Shown piece after piece: positions 49,345-58,911 of a DNA stretch of 64,000 nucleotides. The stretch is taken from assembly GCA_910587145.1 (NCBI GenBank), contig CAJUMH010000008.1, positions 8,168 through 72,167 of the forward strand, read 5' to 3'. Under the pieces are notes generated by a model. The model saw nothing but the letters and a program-made list of their open reading frames with translations. It made no database searches and was not told where the DNA came from. Within the stretch, counting starts at the first letter, position 1, and each line of letters opens with the position of its first letter. The DNA is from an uncultured Ruthenibacterium sp. (GTDB lineage Bacteria > Bacillota > Clostridia > Oscillospirales > Ruminococcaceae). Position numbers and translations under genes: made by a program.

Positions 49345-50124
49345 TCACAGCTTGTGGCGCGGCAGGTTTGCATAAGCGTCTGTGCGGGGAAGCCAATCGA
49401 GAAACTGCTCCAATTCGATATCCCAAAATTTCCACTCGTGCTCAAAGCCGGGGACGTCGTCCCAGCGGTGCTTTACGCCCTTTTTCAAAAGCGTATTGCG
49501 GAACCGGACGACGCTCTCGTATAAAAAATCTTCCTGTCCGCAGCAGAGAAACAGCTCCGGCAGCGCGGCCCCCTCCGCAAGCCGGTTTTCCAATTCGGCA
49601 TACAAGTCCATCATCGGGGGCAGCTCGTGCCCCATATTATCTTTTCGGGCGCCGAGGTCCGTTCCCGGCGAGAAGGCCCCCACCGCGCACCACGCCGCGG
49701 GGCGCCCCAGGCCGTGGGCAAGCGCGCCATAGCCGCCCATGGAAAGGCCGGCGATATAGGTATCTTCCACGCGGCGGGAAACCGGAAAGTTCCCGCAGAT
49801 AAATTCCGGCAGCTCCTGCGCAATAAAATCGTAGTAATTCTCTCCGAAGGCATTGTTCATATAGCATTTATTGCCCACAGAGCACGTCACCACCGCAATC
49901 CTGCGCTCCTCTGCATAGCGCTCCATGGAGGTGTAGCGGTGCCAACACTTATAATCGTTTCCGTACCCGTGCAGCAGATACAGCACCGGATACGGCGCCT
50001 GCGGCGTGTGGCACGGTTTTTTGTCCGGGCCGAAATCGCAGGAGCTGATCGTCGGCAGCGTAATGGCGATATCCACTCCGCCGCGCAAAGAATACGATAC
50101 AAAATTACACATCAATTGTGCCAT
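49345..50124 (-). CDS. Alpha/beta hydrolase, esterase family (EstA/tributyrin esterase-like)
   Basis: YPVLYLLHG, nucleophile motif GLSMGG, CGQED, GFEHEWKFW. Confidence 0.9.
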   Translation of the reverse strand: MAQLMCNFVSYSLRGGVDIAITLPTISSCDFGPDKKPCHTPQAPYPVLYLLHGYGNDYKCWHRYTSMERYAEERRIAVVTCSVGNKCYMNNAFGENYYDFIAQELPEFICGNFPVSRRVEDTYIAGLSMGGYGALAHGLGRPAAWCAVGAFSPGTDLGARKDNMGHELPPMMDLYAELENRLAEGAALPELFLCCGQEDFLYESVVRFRNTLLKKGVKHRWDDVPGFEHEWKFWDIELEQFLDWLPRTDAYANLPRHKL

Positions 50125-50265
50125 AAAGCATTCTCCTTATTTTTAAATCGCAGCGGGAGCTTTTCAAAAGCTTTTTTGCAAAAGCCCCGCCTTATTGGCC
50201 GGTTCTCCCGGCTGCGGCTTTCACCGGCCTTTGCCTTCCTGTCAGGGGCGCATTCGGCGGTATCG

Positions 50266-52581
50266 TCAGCGTGTTTCTTCAAATGCGTCGCCCAGGCGCC
50301 AGGCCTCAAATTCGGTTACTTCCAGCCCGTCGGCGGATAAATTGTAGTAAATGCTCCCCTCTTCCGGGTAAATGCGCTGCGTAAAGCACAGCGCGCCCTC
50401 GTCGATAAACGCTTCGATGGACGAGCGGTCGATGAAAATGTGCAGATCGATCCGTTCCGCGGCTGTCTCGCAGGAGACAAGCTCGCGCAGCGCCCGTTCT
50501 TTACGGACAGAAAGCCCGTGCGGCAGCGCAAATGCGTTTTTTTCGCCGTCGTAAAGCAGCAGCACGCGGGAACCGTCGCGCGGGTTTGCGCGCAGCTCCA
50601 GAGCAAAGCCCGTCTGCGCACTGGCACGGCGAAACACCATGCGCAGTTCTATGCATTCTCCCGCCAACCCGCACAGTGGGTTTTCGCCTTTTTGCGCCAC
50701 AAAGCCGCCGCTTTGCAGGCATTCCTCCCGCAGTGCCGCAAGCTCTTCGGCGGGCTGCTGCAGCAGCGTATCGCCCCGCATATGAAGCACCCGCGGAACG
50801 GTGAGGGCGCCGGCCCAGCCGTCGGCCTGAGAGGGCATTTTCACCCGCCACATATCCATCCACGCAAAGAGCAGCACACGGCCTGTTTCATCCTCAAACA
50901 CCTGCGCCGCATAGTAGTTCAGCCCGTGATCCATCTCTCTGCATTCCCCGCCGGAAAACGTTCCGCTCTCCTCGTCAAAGCGACCCACACGATAGACGCT
51001 TTTGTGCCCTTTCATCTCCATCGGCGAAAAAATCAGCACCTCGCGCCCGTCCACCGTGCAGAAATTCGGGCATTCCCACATCACGCCCTGCTTGCCGTCG
51101 CTGCGCGCCATCACGCCGCGGTAGCGCCAGCGTTCCAGATCGTCCGATTCATACAGCAGCGCACAGCCTTTTTTGTGCTTTCCCGAGCCAACGACCATTT
51201 GCCATTTTCCGCTTTGCCGCCACACCTTGGGATCGCGAAACTCGGCGCTTGCCTCCGGCGGGTATGTGGGGATCACGGGGTTATTTGCGGATTTTACAAA
51301 GGTTTTTCCGCCGTCATGGCTGCGCGCAACACACTGGCATTCCCACTGATGCTTGCCGTCGTTGTGCGCGGTATAGATCAGCGTCAGAACGCCGCCGTCG
51401 TTTACCGCGCTGCCGGAAAAGCAGCCCGTCTCGTAGGGCTGGTCCGGCGCAAGGGCGATGGGCTCGTGCTGCCAATGCGCCAAATCCCGGCTGGTGGCAT
51501 GGCCCCAGTACATGGGGCCCCAATCCGAGGAATACGGATGCAGCTGATAAAACACATGGTAAACGCCATTGAATTGGATCAATCCGTTTGGATCGTTGAT
51601 CCAGCCGGACGGCGCCGCGATGTGATAGCGCGGCCGCCATTTGGCAAGGCGCACCGCCGGCGCGGCCTCGTCCATTTTCTGCTGGGCAAACACCAACAGC
51701 CGCCCCGCCTCTTTGGCACTGCCGGTGAGAATGCCCCGCAGACTTTCGATGGATTCAAACGGTATGGCAGCGGCGGCACAAACGCATTTCAACAGCCTTG
51801 CCAAAAACGCCTCCTCCTGCCAGAGCGCCGCCAGCCCGGCGCGCCTGGCGCCGGCGTCGAACAGCAAATACAGCATTGCGGCGGCGCCGAACGCCGCCTG
51901 TATGCCGCACGGCCCCTCCGCATTGCAGGCCGCCGTAAGAGCGCCGTGCGGTGTGCTTGCCGTTACACTTTCGGCCCCAAAATGCAAAACCGCCTGCCCC
52001 TCGTGCGGATGGTAGAGCGCATGGCCCACGGCTCGTACGCCCTCGTCCATGCACAAAATATCGGCGCGCCGCAAAAGCGCCTCTTTGGGCAGCGCGGTAA
52101 GATCCAGCAGGCTCAGCACCAGAATGCAATCCCTTTCGGCCGCCTGCCGTGCGAGCTGTTCGTACCGCGCTTCTCCTCTTTCGTCGTGCAGCAGCTCACC
52201 GCTGAAAAAAAGAATTCCTCCCCTCGGAATTTGCTCCCCGCTTCGGAATTCCGTTTCGGCTTGTGTTCCATCATCCGGTGCATATACCGATTTTCGACCT
52301 CTGCCGTCCTGAATGCGAACCGTGGTTTGCCCTTTGCAAACCACAACATCACCGGTATCCATTCCGGCCTTTTCTGCATCGCGCAGCAGACGGCTTCCCA
52401 ATGCATCGGATCGAACCGTCCCGCCAAGCGCACAGGGCACGCCAAACTGACGCAGCGCAAGCGCCGTCAGCAACGCCGCACCCCCCGGGCGCAGCAAAAA
52501 AAGCTCTCCCTCCGGCTCTGCCGCTGGCAAAGCCGAAAAAACAACGGACAATTCCCCCATCGTCCGAATATAACGATCCAT
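50266..52581 (-). CDS. Fusion: degenerate PfkB-type kinase domain + GH32 beta-fructofuranosidase / sucrose-6-phosphate hydrolase
   Basis: GH32 motifs WINDPNG, WGHATS, FSGSA, FRDP, WEC intact; N-terminal ~290 aa PfkB-like (PGGAA, GTVRSDALG) but without GAGD. Confidence 0.88.
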   Translation of the reverse strand: MDRYIRTMGELSVVFSALPAAEPEGELFLLRPGGAALLTALALRQFGVPCALGGTVRSDALGSRLLRDAEKAGMDTGDVVVCKGQTTVRIQDGRGRKSVYAPDDGTQAETEFRSGEQIPRGGILFFSGELLHDERGEARYEQLARQAAERDCILVLSLLDLTALPKEALLRRADILCMDEGVRAVGHALYHPHEGQAVLHFGAESVTASTPHGALTAACNAEGPCGIQAAFGAAAMLYLLFDAGARRAGLAALWQEEAFLARLLKCVCAAAAIPFESIESLRGILTGSAKEAGRLLVFAQQKMDEAAPAVRLAKWRPRYHIAAPSGWINDPNGLIQFNGVYHVFYQLHPYSSDWGPMYWGHATSRDLAHWQHEPIALAPDQPYETGCFSGSAVNDGGVLTLIYTAHNDGKHQWECQCVARSHDGGKTFVKSANNPVIPTYPPEASAEFRDPKVWRQSGKWQMVVGSGKHKKGCALLYESDDLERWRYRGVMARSDGKQGVMWECPNFCTVDGREVLIFSPMEMKGHKSVYRVGRFDEESGTFSGGECREMDHGLNYYAAQVFEDETGRVLLFAWMDMWRVKMPSQADGWAGALTVPRVLHMRGDTLLQQPAEELAALREECLQSGGFVAQKGENPLCGLAGECIELRMVFRRASAQTGFALELRANPRDGSRVLLLYDGEKNAFALPHGLSVRKERALRELVSCETAAERIDLHIFIDRSSIEAFIDEGALCFTQRIYPEEGSIYYNLSADGLEVTEFEAWRLGDAFEETR

Positions 52582-52647
52582 TTTTTACTCCTTTTACGCA
52601 AAGGGAAGCTTTGATCCCATCAACGGGCTGCATCAGAGGTTCCCTCG

Positions 52648-53541
52648 TCATCCGGGAAACGGCTGCTTCAATACGAACCGCAGCATCGCTTCCATGGGCA
52701 AGGGGCGCTGGGCAAGCGGCATGCCATAGGTTTCCGCCCGCCTGTCCCACAGCAGGGATTCCATCGTCAGATCGCAGGAATAAAGAATTTCCTCGTGCTG
52801 CAGCAGATACTTCACCGCACCCAAAAACAGGGTGTGATCCGCAAACAGAATTCGCCCGCTGCCCGCGTTCACCGCCTGCTGCAGATAATACGCGCCGGAG
52901 CCGATCTCACTGTTCATCAGCCGGATCTTTTTCAGGCTGACACCCGCCGTTATATTTTTCAGCACCTTCCCCTGTTCATAGTCCATTACAATATGGGAAA
53001 ACGTTTCGTCCTGTAAACAGGCCTCGACCTCCCGATAAAAAAAAGCGCCCAAATCGATTTGCCGGCTGCCGGGAACATGCTTTGCGCAGTTTTTCAGGCT
53101 GACGTTCAAAAACAGAACGCGATCTTCAAACAGCGGCGTATACGGCGTCATCGGCCGAATGCTCATCACATAAATGGCCGAGTACACGCCCACGCCGCGC
53201 TGCAGCATTGCCTCCATCTGCTCGGGCTGCTCGAAGAACGCGGTGATCACGCTGTCGCAGCGCTGTTGCAGCTCCGATATCAGCCCGGCAAACAGCTGCG
53301 TGGCGGCAGCGTTTTCCAAACACACCTTTTCCATCAGAACAAACGTATCCATCCGCTGGTTCATCCGCAGCCGGCGGGCCTGCAGGTTGGGCTGATATTG
53401 TAAGCCCTCCACTGCCTTCAGCACCCGCCTGCGTGTTTCCTCGGATACCGCTTTGGTATTGTTCAGCACATGAGATACCGTTGCCGTGGAAACGCCTGCG
53501 CGGCGTGCGACGTCCTTAATGTTGCTGTTGCTTGAAGCCAT
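52648..53541 (-). CDS. LacI family transcriptional regulator with divergent, short C-terminal domain
   Basis: [21 protein letters not shown]...[13 protein letters not shown] and hinge helix. Confidence 0.85.
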   Translation of the reverse strand: MASSNSNIKDVARRAGVSTATVSHVLNNTKAVSEETRRRVLKAVEGLQYQPNLQARRLRMNQRMDTFVLMEKVCLENAAATQLFAGLISELQQRCDSVITAFFEQPEQMEAMLQRGVGVYSAIYVMSIRPMTPYTPLFEDRVLFLNVSLKNCAKHVPGSRQIDLGAFFYREVEACLQDETFSHIVMDYEQGKVLKNITAGVSLKKIRLMNSEIGSGAYYLQQAVNAGSGRILFADHTLFLGAVKYLLQHEEILYSCDLTMESLLWDRRAETYGMPLAQRPLPMEAMLRFVLKQPFPG

Positions 53542-53617
53542 AAACAGGATGTCTCCTTTTTGGGATCGCCGCACGGTATCCGCTTGCCGCCAGCTCCGCC
53601 GGCAACCGACCCGCTTT

Positions 53618-53631
53618 GGAAATCGTTTAAC
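53618..53631. promoter_or_regulatory. LacI-type operator, copy 1
   Basis: GGAAATCGTTTAAC with AAnCGnTT core, upstream of lacI. Confidence 0.6.
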
Positions 53632-53790
53632 TTATACTTTGCGAAAATCGTCTATTTGTTTCTAATCATAGCACATATTTTTCGATTTGGCAAGAAGCGA
53701 AATGTCTGATTTTCGCGTTAAAGCCTATACTTTTTTCACAAATTTTTAATGGTTTTTATTGTTATCTTATACAAATATATGCATTTCCCC

Positions 53791-53844
53791 TTGACTTTTC
53801 GTCTCATTCATGATAGGGTAAAAACGCAGAGAAAATCGTTTAAC
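53791..53844 (+). promoter_or_regulatory. Promoter of the sugar ABC operon with LacI-type operator copy 2
   Basis: TTGACT, 17 bp, TG-n-TAGGGT; GAAAATCGTTTAAC at 53831-53844 just downstream. Confidence 0.6.
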
Positions 53845-53903
53845 CTACTGTTTCGCAAGATTCGTCTATTTTGCAAAACAAAAAATTTACGGAGGTTCAA
53901 GTT

Positions 53904-55244
53904 ATGAAAAAGCTGCATCGAATTTCGGCATTTCTGCTCTGCTTTGTGATGCTGGTTACTCTGATGGCCGGCTGCGGCAGCGCATCGTCTTCGGCGCCGG
54001 CCGCGGGTCCTTCCGCATCCGCGGGCCCAGCCGACGCTTCCGAGCCTGCAGGCGCGGACGAGGACGTCAAGATCCTGCACATTTCCATCGCTGCCAGCGA
54101 GCAGGAAAAGAAAGACTACGAAGAATGCATCGCCCGTTTTGAGGCTACCCACCCCGATTTTAAGGTGGAGGCCAACTGGTCCAGCGGCGGCACCTGGCAG
54201 GAGATCTGCGATAAGCTGATCGTTCAGATCGCCTCCGGCGAAGCGCCAGACGTGATCCGTGTTGCGGTGGAGGGCACGCGGATGTTCGTTCATAACGATC
54301 TGTTCCTGCCGTTGAACGAATATCTGGAAAATGACGAAACCGGCAAAGAACTGCGCGAGCAGATCCCGCAGGCTGCATGGGATTCTTTTACGATTGACGG
54401 CAATATCTACGAGATCCCCTCCGACGCGAACTCCATCATTCTGCAGTACAATCCCAAAATGTATGCGGACGCCAATCTTGCCGAGCCGGGCGACGACTAT
54501 AGCTGGGAGCAGTTTGTTTTTGATCTGCAGGCGCTTTCCCACGGCGAGGGCGACGAAAAGGTTTACGGCACGATGATCATGCCCACCTTCCTGTGGCCCT
54601 GGTTCTATGCCAACGGCGTCAGCCCGCTGAACGACGATTGGACCGGCTCGAATTTGAGCGACCCCAAAATCAAAGAGACCCTGCAAAATCTGCACGATCT
54701 GATCTACAAATACGGTGTGGCCCCTGTTCCCGAGGCGAACGACGATGTCGGCAATATGTTTGCCGCAGGCCGCACCGCCACCATCTGCATGGGCATGTTC
54801 ATGGTAGCCACCTACGAGGCGAACGGCTTTGCCGATTTTGATGCGGCGGTAATGCCCCGCGGCGCAAACGGCGGCCAAGGCTGCTTTGGCATCGGCGGTG
54901 TTGGCGTAACCGCCAACTGCAAATATCCGCAGGCCGCGTATGAGCTTTGCTGCGAATTTGCCGCAGCAGAGGTTTCCGCACGCCAGGCCAAAACGGGCAC
55001 TTCCGTACCGCTGCGTTCCGCCGAAGCGCAAAGCGAGGATTTCCTGGTCCATGCGCCGCACATCAGCCGCTTCTACGAAGAAATTGAAAACGGCGCGGTA
55101 CTGCCTGCCCCCGACAACTATTCCGAGATGAGCACCATTATCGCCACCATGGGCACCAATATCCTGACAAACGCGATGGACATTGACGAGGCCATCACGC
55201 TGGCAGACAAGGAGCTGACGGAATCCTTCAAGAATCTGGGTTAA
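53904..55244 (+). CDS. Sugar ABC transporter substrate-binding lipoprotein
   Basis: Start after GGAGG; lipobox MAGC; IASGEAPDV, DGNIYEIP, FAAGRTA. Confidence 0.9.
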   Translation: MKKLHRISAFLLCFVMLVTLMAGCGSASSSAPAAGPSASAGPADASEPAGADEDVKILHISIAASEQEKKDYEECIARFEATHPDFKVEANWSSGGTWQEICDKLIVQIASGEAPDVIRVAVEGTRMFVHNDLFLPLNEYLENDETGKELREQIPQAAWDSFTIDGNIYEIPSDANSIILQYNPKMYADANLAEPGDDYSWEQFVFDLQALSHGEGDEKVYGTMIMPTFLWPWFYANGVSPLNDDWTGSNLSDPKIKETLQNLHDLIYKYGVAPVPEANDDVGNMFAAGRTATICMGMFMVATYEANGFADFDAAVMPRGANGGQGCFGIGGVGVTANCKYPQAAYELCCEFAAAEVSARQAKTGTSVPLRSAEAQSEDFLVHAPHISRFYEEIENGAVLPAPDNYSEMSTIIATMGTNILTNAMDIDEAITLADKELTESFKNLG

Positions 55245-55490
55245 CGCACCGTTTACCGCTCCGGCACGGCGGCCGAAAAGGTTCGCCGTGCCGGAATCTC
55301 GTTTCTTCGGGAAACCGGCGCTTGCCCCGGCTGTCCCGGCGAGGGGCAGGGCAAACGCCATAAAAATCAGGGCGCGCTGCAAAATGGGGCCGCTGACAGG
55401 CAAAGCCCCCATGCACCCAAAAGGGAAACCGGGCTCGCCGCAGCTGCCTTTTGCGGGGCGAGCCCCACAACGAAAAGAGGCGATTGTTTT

Positions 55491-56387
55491 ATGAAACGGA
55501 AATCCTCGCTGATCGTCCGCAAGGAGGCGATCGCAGGCTGGCTGTTTTGCCTGCCGGCGCTGCTTTTGTTTTTGTGTTTTATCCTGCTGCCAACCGCTGC
55601 CATGCTGGTACTGTGCTTTACAAAATACAATATGCTAAAGCCTCCCGCCTTCAACGGGTGGGATAATTTTCTGCGGCTGCTTTCCGATTCGAAGCTTCGG
55701 ACAGTGGCGCTCAACACAGGCAAACTTGCCGTATGCGCGGTTATTTTAAATGTGCTGATCGGTTTGCTTCTGGCTTTGATGATCGCAAACCGGCGCAACG
55801 GCATTTTCAGCTACATCATCCGGCTTTTGTACTTTTTTCCCGCGATCGTGGCGCCGGTGTATATTGCCGTGGTGTGGTCGATCCTGCTGGCAAAGGATAC
55901 GGGCCTTATTAACTATTATCTTGGCAAGATCGGCATTGCGCCGATCGGATGGCTCACAGATCCGTCCGTCAGCCTCTGGTCGGTGATCGGGATCGACGTA
56001 TGGCGCAACATCGGCTTTATCATGATCATTTTTCTTGCCGGGATCAAAAACATCTCGTCCGATTATTACGAGGCTGCCGCGCTGGACGGCGCGAGTACGT
56101 TCCAGCTGGCGAAAAACATCACCATCCCGCTGCTGACGCCCTCCATTCTGTTTGTATTGATCATCAACATCATCGGCGAATTGAAGAGCTTTGATATTCC
56201 CAATATTATGACGAAGGGCGATCCGGTGGACAGCACGCGCACGATGGCGATGTATATCTATAATGTTGCGTTTCAAAAAATGGATATGGGCTATGCCTGC
56301 GCCGTCTCGCTGCTGTTTGTGCTTGTGATTATGGTCGTCACCGTGCTTCAGTTCAAAATAAGCGACAGGTGGGTGAATTATGATTAA
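55491..56387 (+). CDS. Carbohydrate ABC transporter permease
   Basis: YYEAAALDGASTFQLAKNITIPLLTP EAA motif. Confidence 0.92.
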   Translation: MKRKSSLIVRKEAIAGWLFCLPALLLFLCFILLPTAAMLVLCFTKYNMLKPPAFNGWDNFLRLLSDSKLRTVALNTGKLAVCAVILNVLIGLLLALMIANRRNGIFSYIIRLLYFFPAIVAPVYIAVVWSILLAKDTGLINYYLGKIGIAPIGWLTDPSVSLWSVIGIDVWRNIGFIMIIFLAGIKNISSDYYEAAALDGASTFQLAKNITIPLLTPSILFVLIINIIGELKSFDIPNIMTKGDPVDSTRTMAMYIYNVAFQKMDMGYACAVSLLFVLVIMVVTVLQFKISDRWVNYD

Positions 56388-57219
56388 AAGCAAAGGAAAA
56401 CGCGCCGGAGATCTTGCGGTGGCAGCGCTGGTGATTCTCTTCGGCGTGATCATATTCATTCCGTTTTTGTTTATGTTCTCCTCCTCCATGCGCACACCGG
56501 CCGAAGCGTACAAGCTGCCCCCTGCGATCCTTCCCGAGCGGATCATGCTTGATAACTATGTCTCGCTCTTTTGCTCTGATATTCCGTTCGGCCCGATGTT
56601 TTTGAACAGCGCCATTGTTACGGGCTGTGTCATCATCGGCCGGCTGATCGTGGGCTGCATGGCCGCTTACGCCACCGCAAAAATCCGCTTTAGGGGGTCT
56701 TCGGCCATATTTTTGCTGTTTCTCACGTCCATGATGATCCCCGTACAGGCTACGATCATCCCAACCTTTATTGTCATGAGCCGTCTGCACCTTGTGAATA
56801 CGCTGTGGGCGCTGATCATTCCGGGCCTTTTCGATGCGTTCGGCATCTTTCTGATGCGCCAGAGCATGGCGACCATTCCGGACGCCATTCTCGAATCCGC
56901 CAAGATCGACGGCGCGAGCCATTTTCGCATCTGCTGGCAGATCATGGTGCCGATGGTAAAAAGTACGCTTGCCACACTGGTGGTTCTAAGCTTTAACGGC
57001 GTGTGGAACGATTATTTCGCGCCGTATATCTATCTCTCCGATTGGGATAAAATGACGGTTCCTCTCGGCGTGGCGGCCATGAAAGGCTACATGGGTTCCG
57101 GCAATCCGTCCGTTGTTTTGGCGGGCGTCAGCATTGCCGTTCTGCCCATCCTCGTCATCTTTTTATTCGGCCAGCGCTATATCGTAGAGGGGCTTACCTC
57201 CTCGGCCGTAAAGGGATAA
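56380..57219 (+). CDS. Carbohydrate ABC transporter permease
   Basis: ILESAKIDGASHFRICWQIMVP EAA motif; WNDYF. Confidence 0.92.
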   Translation: MIKSKGKRAGDLAVAALVILFGVIIFIPFLFMFSSSMRTPAEAYKLPPAILPERIMLDNYVSLFCSDIPFGPMFLNSAIVTGCVIIGRLIVGCMAAYATAKIRFRGSSAIFLLFLTSMMIPVQATIIPTFIVMSRLHLVNTLWALIIPGLFDAFGIFLMRQSMATIPDAILESAKIDGASHFRICWQIMVPMVKSTLATLVVLSFNGVWNDYFAPYIYLSDWDKMTVPLGVAAMKGYMGSGNPSVVLAGVSIAVLPILVIFLFGQRYIVEGLTSSAVKG

Positions 57220-57248
57220 ACTGCCTGTTCAGAGTGCAAACAACATCC

Positions 57249-57298
57249 AAAAAAACCGCATTCATTCAGACGGCCTGGGCCTGTGTGAATGCGGCTTT
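57249..57298 (+). terminator. Probable terminator after the ABC operon
   Basis: CCGCATTCA ... TGAATGCGG stem with flanking A7 and CTTT. Confidence 0.5.
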
Positions 57299-57486
57299 CG
57301 TCTGCCGAAAAAGATTGCCAAATGAAATTGCTTTTTCTTTCGATTTCCGCTAAAATAGAAATACGCCCTTGCAGGAGGGCAGTATGGGAAGGAAGCCGTG
57401 AGGCGGGAAAGCGCCGGCGCGCTGGCATGCGTCTGCCGTGCGGCGTTTTTTCGACAAAACCGCCCCCTTAAAAAAGTGAGGTACCT

Positions 57487-58611
57487 ATGAATCAAAAGGA
57501 AGTCGGCGAGCTGCGCCGCCGTTTTCAGCCCGAAAAAAGCACCGTACGCCGCATATACGGCTGCTATGTCAACAATATCGGCGAGATCGTCGCCTATCTG
57601 GACGAATCCATCGGCACGATGCCGCCGGAGGAAGCCGAGCAGTATCTGGGCCTTTTTAAAAAGGCGCTGTCCGGCACGATTGGCAAGAATCTGATCGATA
57701 TTGTTTTTTCTACCCAGCAGGTGGCGGACAGCGACGAGCACCGCCTGCTCAGCGCGCTGCGCAATTCCGAGCTGCGGGACGAAACCGCGCGGGAGGCGTT
57801 TTTTCAAACGGTGATCCGATCGATGGATCTGGACAGCAGCTATGTGATCCTGCTTGCGCACAACGTTTACGATGTGCCCGTTCGCGGCAAGGGCAGGGAT
57901 CCGTTCGCCGAGGCCGGCGATACGGTGTTCTCGTTTATCGTGTGCTGCGTGTGTCCGCTGAAGGAGGGCAAGGCATCGCTTTCCTTCTGCCCGGCCGAAA
58001 ACGAATTTCACAGTCTTGTGCCCAGCCCCACTGTCTGCCCGCCCGAGCTGGGCTTTTTGTTCCCGGCGTTCGACGATCGGGCCGCAAATATTTACAGCGC
58101 GCTGTTCTATTCCCGCAAGCCCAACGAGCTGCACCAGAATTTTTTGGATACCGTGTTTTGTGTGGAGCCGCCGATGACGGCCGGCGAGCAAAAGGAAGCG
58201 TTCCAGACGGCGCTGAGCGAATCGCTGGAAAGCGCATGCAGCCTGGAGGTGGTGCAAACCGTTTACGAGCAGCTCACAGAGCGCATGGAGCAGCACCGGG
58301 AAAGCAAAGACCCCGAGCCGCTGCTTTTGACGGCGAAGGAGGTAGGCGCAATTTTGCAGGAGAGCGGCGTTGAAGAACCGCGCGTGACAGCCTTCTGCGA
58401 AAACTGCGGCCGGCAGTTTGGCGACGGCGCCGCCCTGAGCCCCGCCAATCTGGTTGACGGCAGGCACTTCGAGGTAAAAACGGCTGAGGCCACCATCTCG
58501 CTGAGCGCCGCGGACAGCTGCCTGATCGAAACGCGCATCGTAGACGGCAGAAAATATCTGCTCGTCCCCGTGGGCGAGGGGCTGGAGGTAAACGGCATGC
58601 CGGTGCACTGA
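57487..58611 (+). CDS. DUF4317-like conserved protein
   Basis: MNQKEVGELRRRF, IYGCYVN, GFLFPAFDDRAANI patterns typical of this Clostridia family; RBS GAGGT. Confidence 0.8.
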   Translation: MNQKEVGELRRRFQPEKSTVRRIYGCYVNNIGEIVAYLDESIGTMPPEEAEQYLGLFKKALSGTIGKNLIDIVFSTQQVADSDEHRLLSALRNSELRDETAREAFFQTVIRSMDLDSSYVILLAHNVYDVPVRGKGRDPFAEAGDTVFSFIVCCVCPLKEGKASLSFCPAENEFHSLVPSPTVCPPELGFLFPAFDDRAANIYSALFYSRKPNELHQNFLDTVFCVEPPMTAGEQKEAFQTALSESLESACSLEVVQTVYEQLTERMEQHRESKDPEPLLLTAKEVGAILQESGVEEPRVTAFCENCGRQFGDGAALSPANLVDGRHFEVKTAEATISLSAADSCLIETRIVDGRKYLLVPVGEGLEVNGMPVH

Positions 58612-58911
58612 GGGGGCCGGGGCAGCGCAAAGACGCGCCGGTGCACTTTGGAAAAACAGCGCGCAAAAATCAGCGCCCCTTCCGGCAATGCAAGGCCAAA
58701 AGGGGTGCCGATCTGCTGTTTTACATCGAATTCTTTCTGCAAATTGCGGCCAAGGTTTTATTTTGCGGCACGCCGTTCTTGCGGGGCTTTCCGCGGAGAA
58801 GTACCACAGGCCCCCGTAATATTTCGGCAGCCGGCCGGTATGGCTCCGAAGCGGCGATATCAGGCCGCCCGGCGGATACGTTTTCAAAAAACGCATCCGC
58901 CGGGTGTTTTT

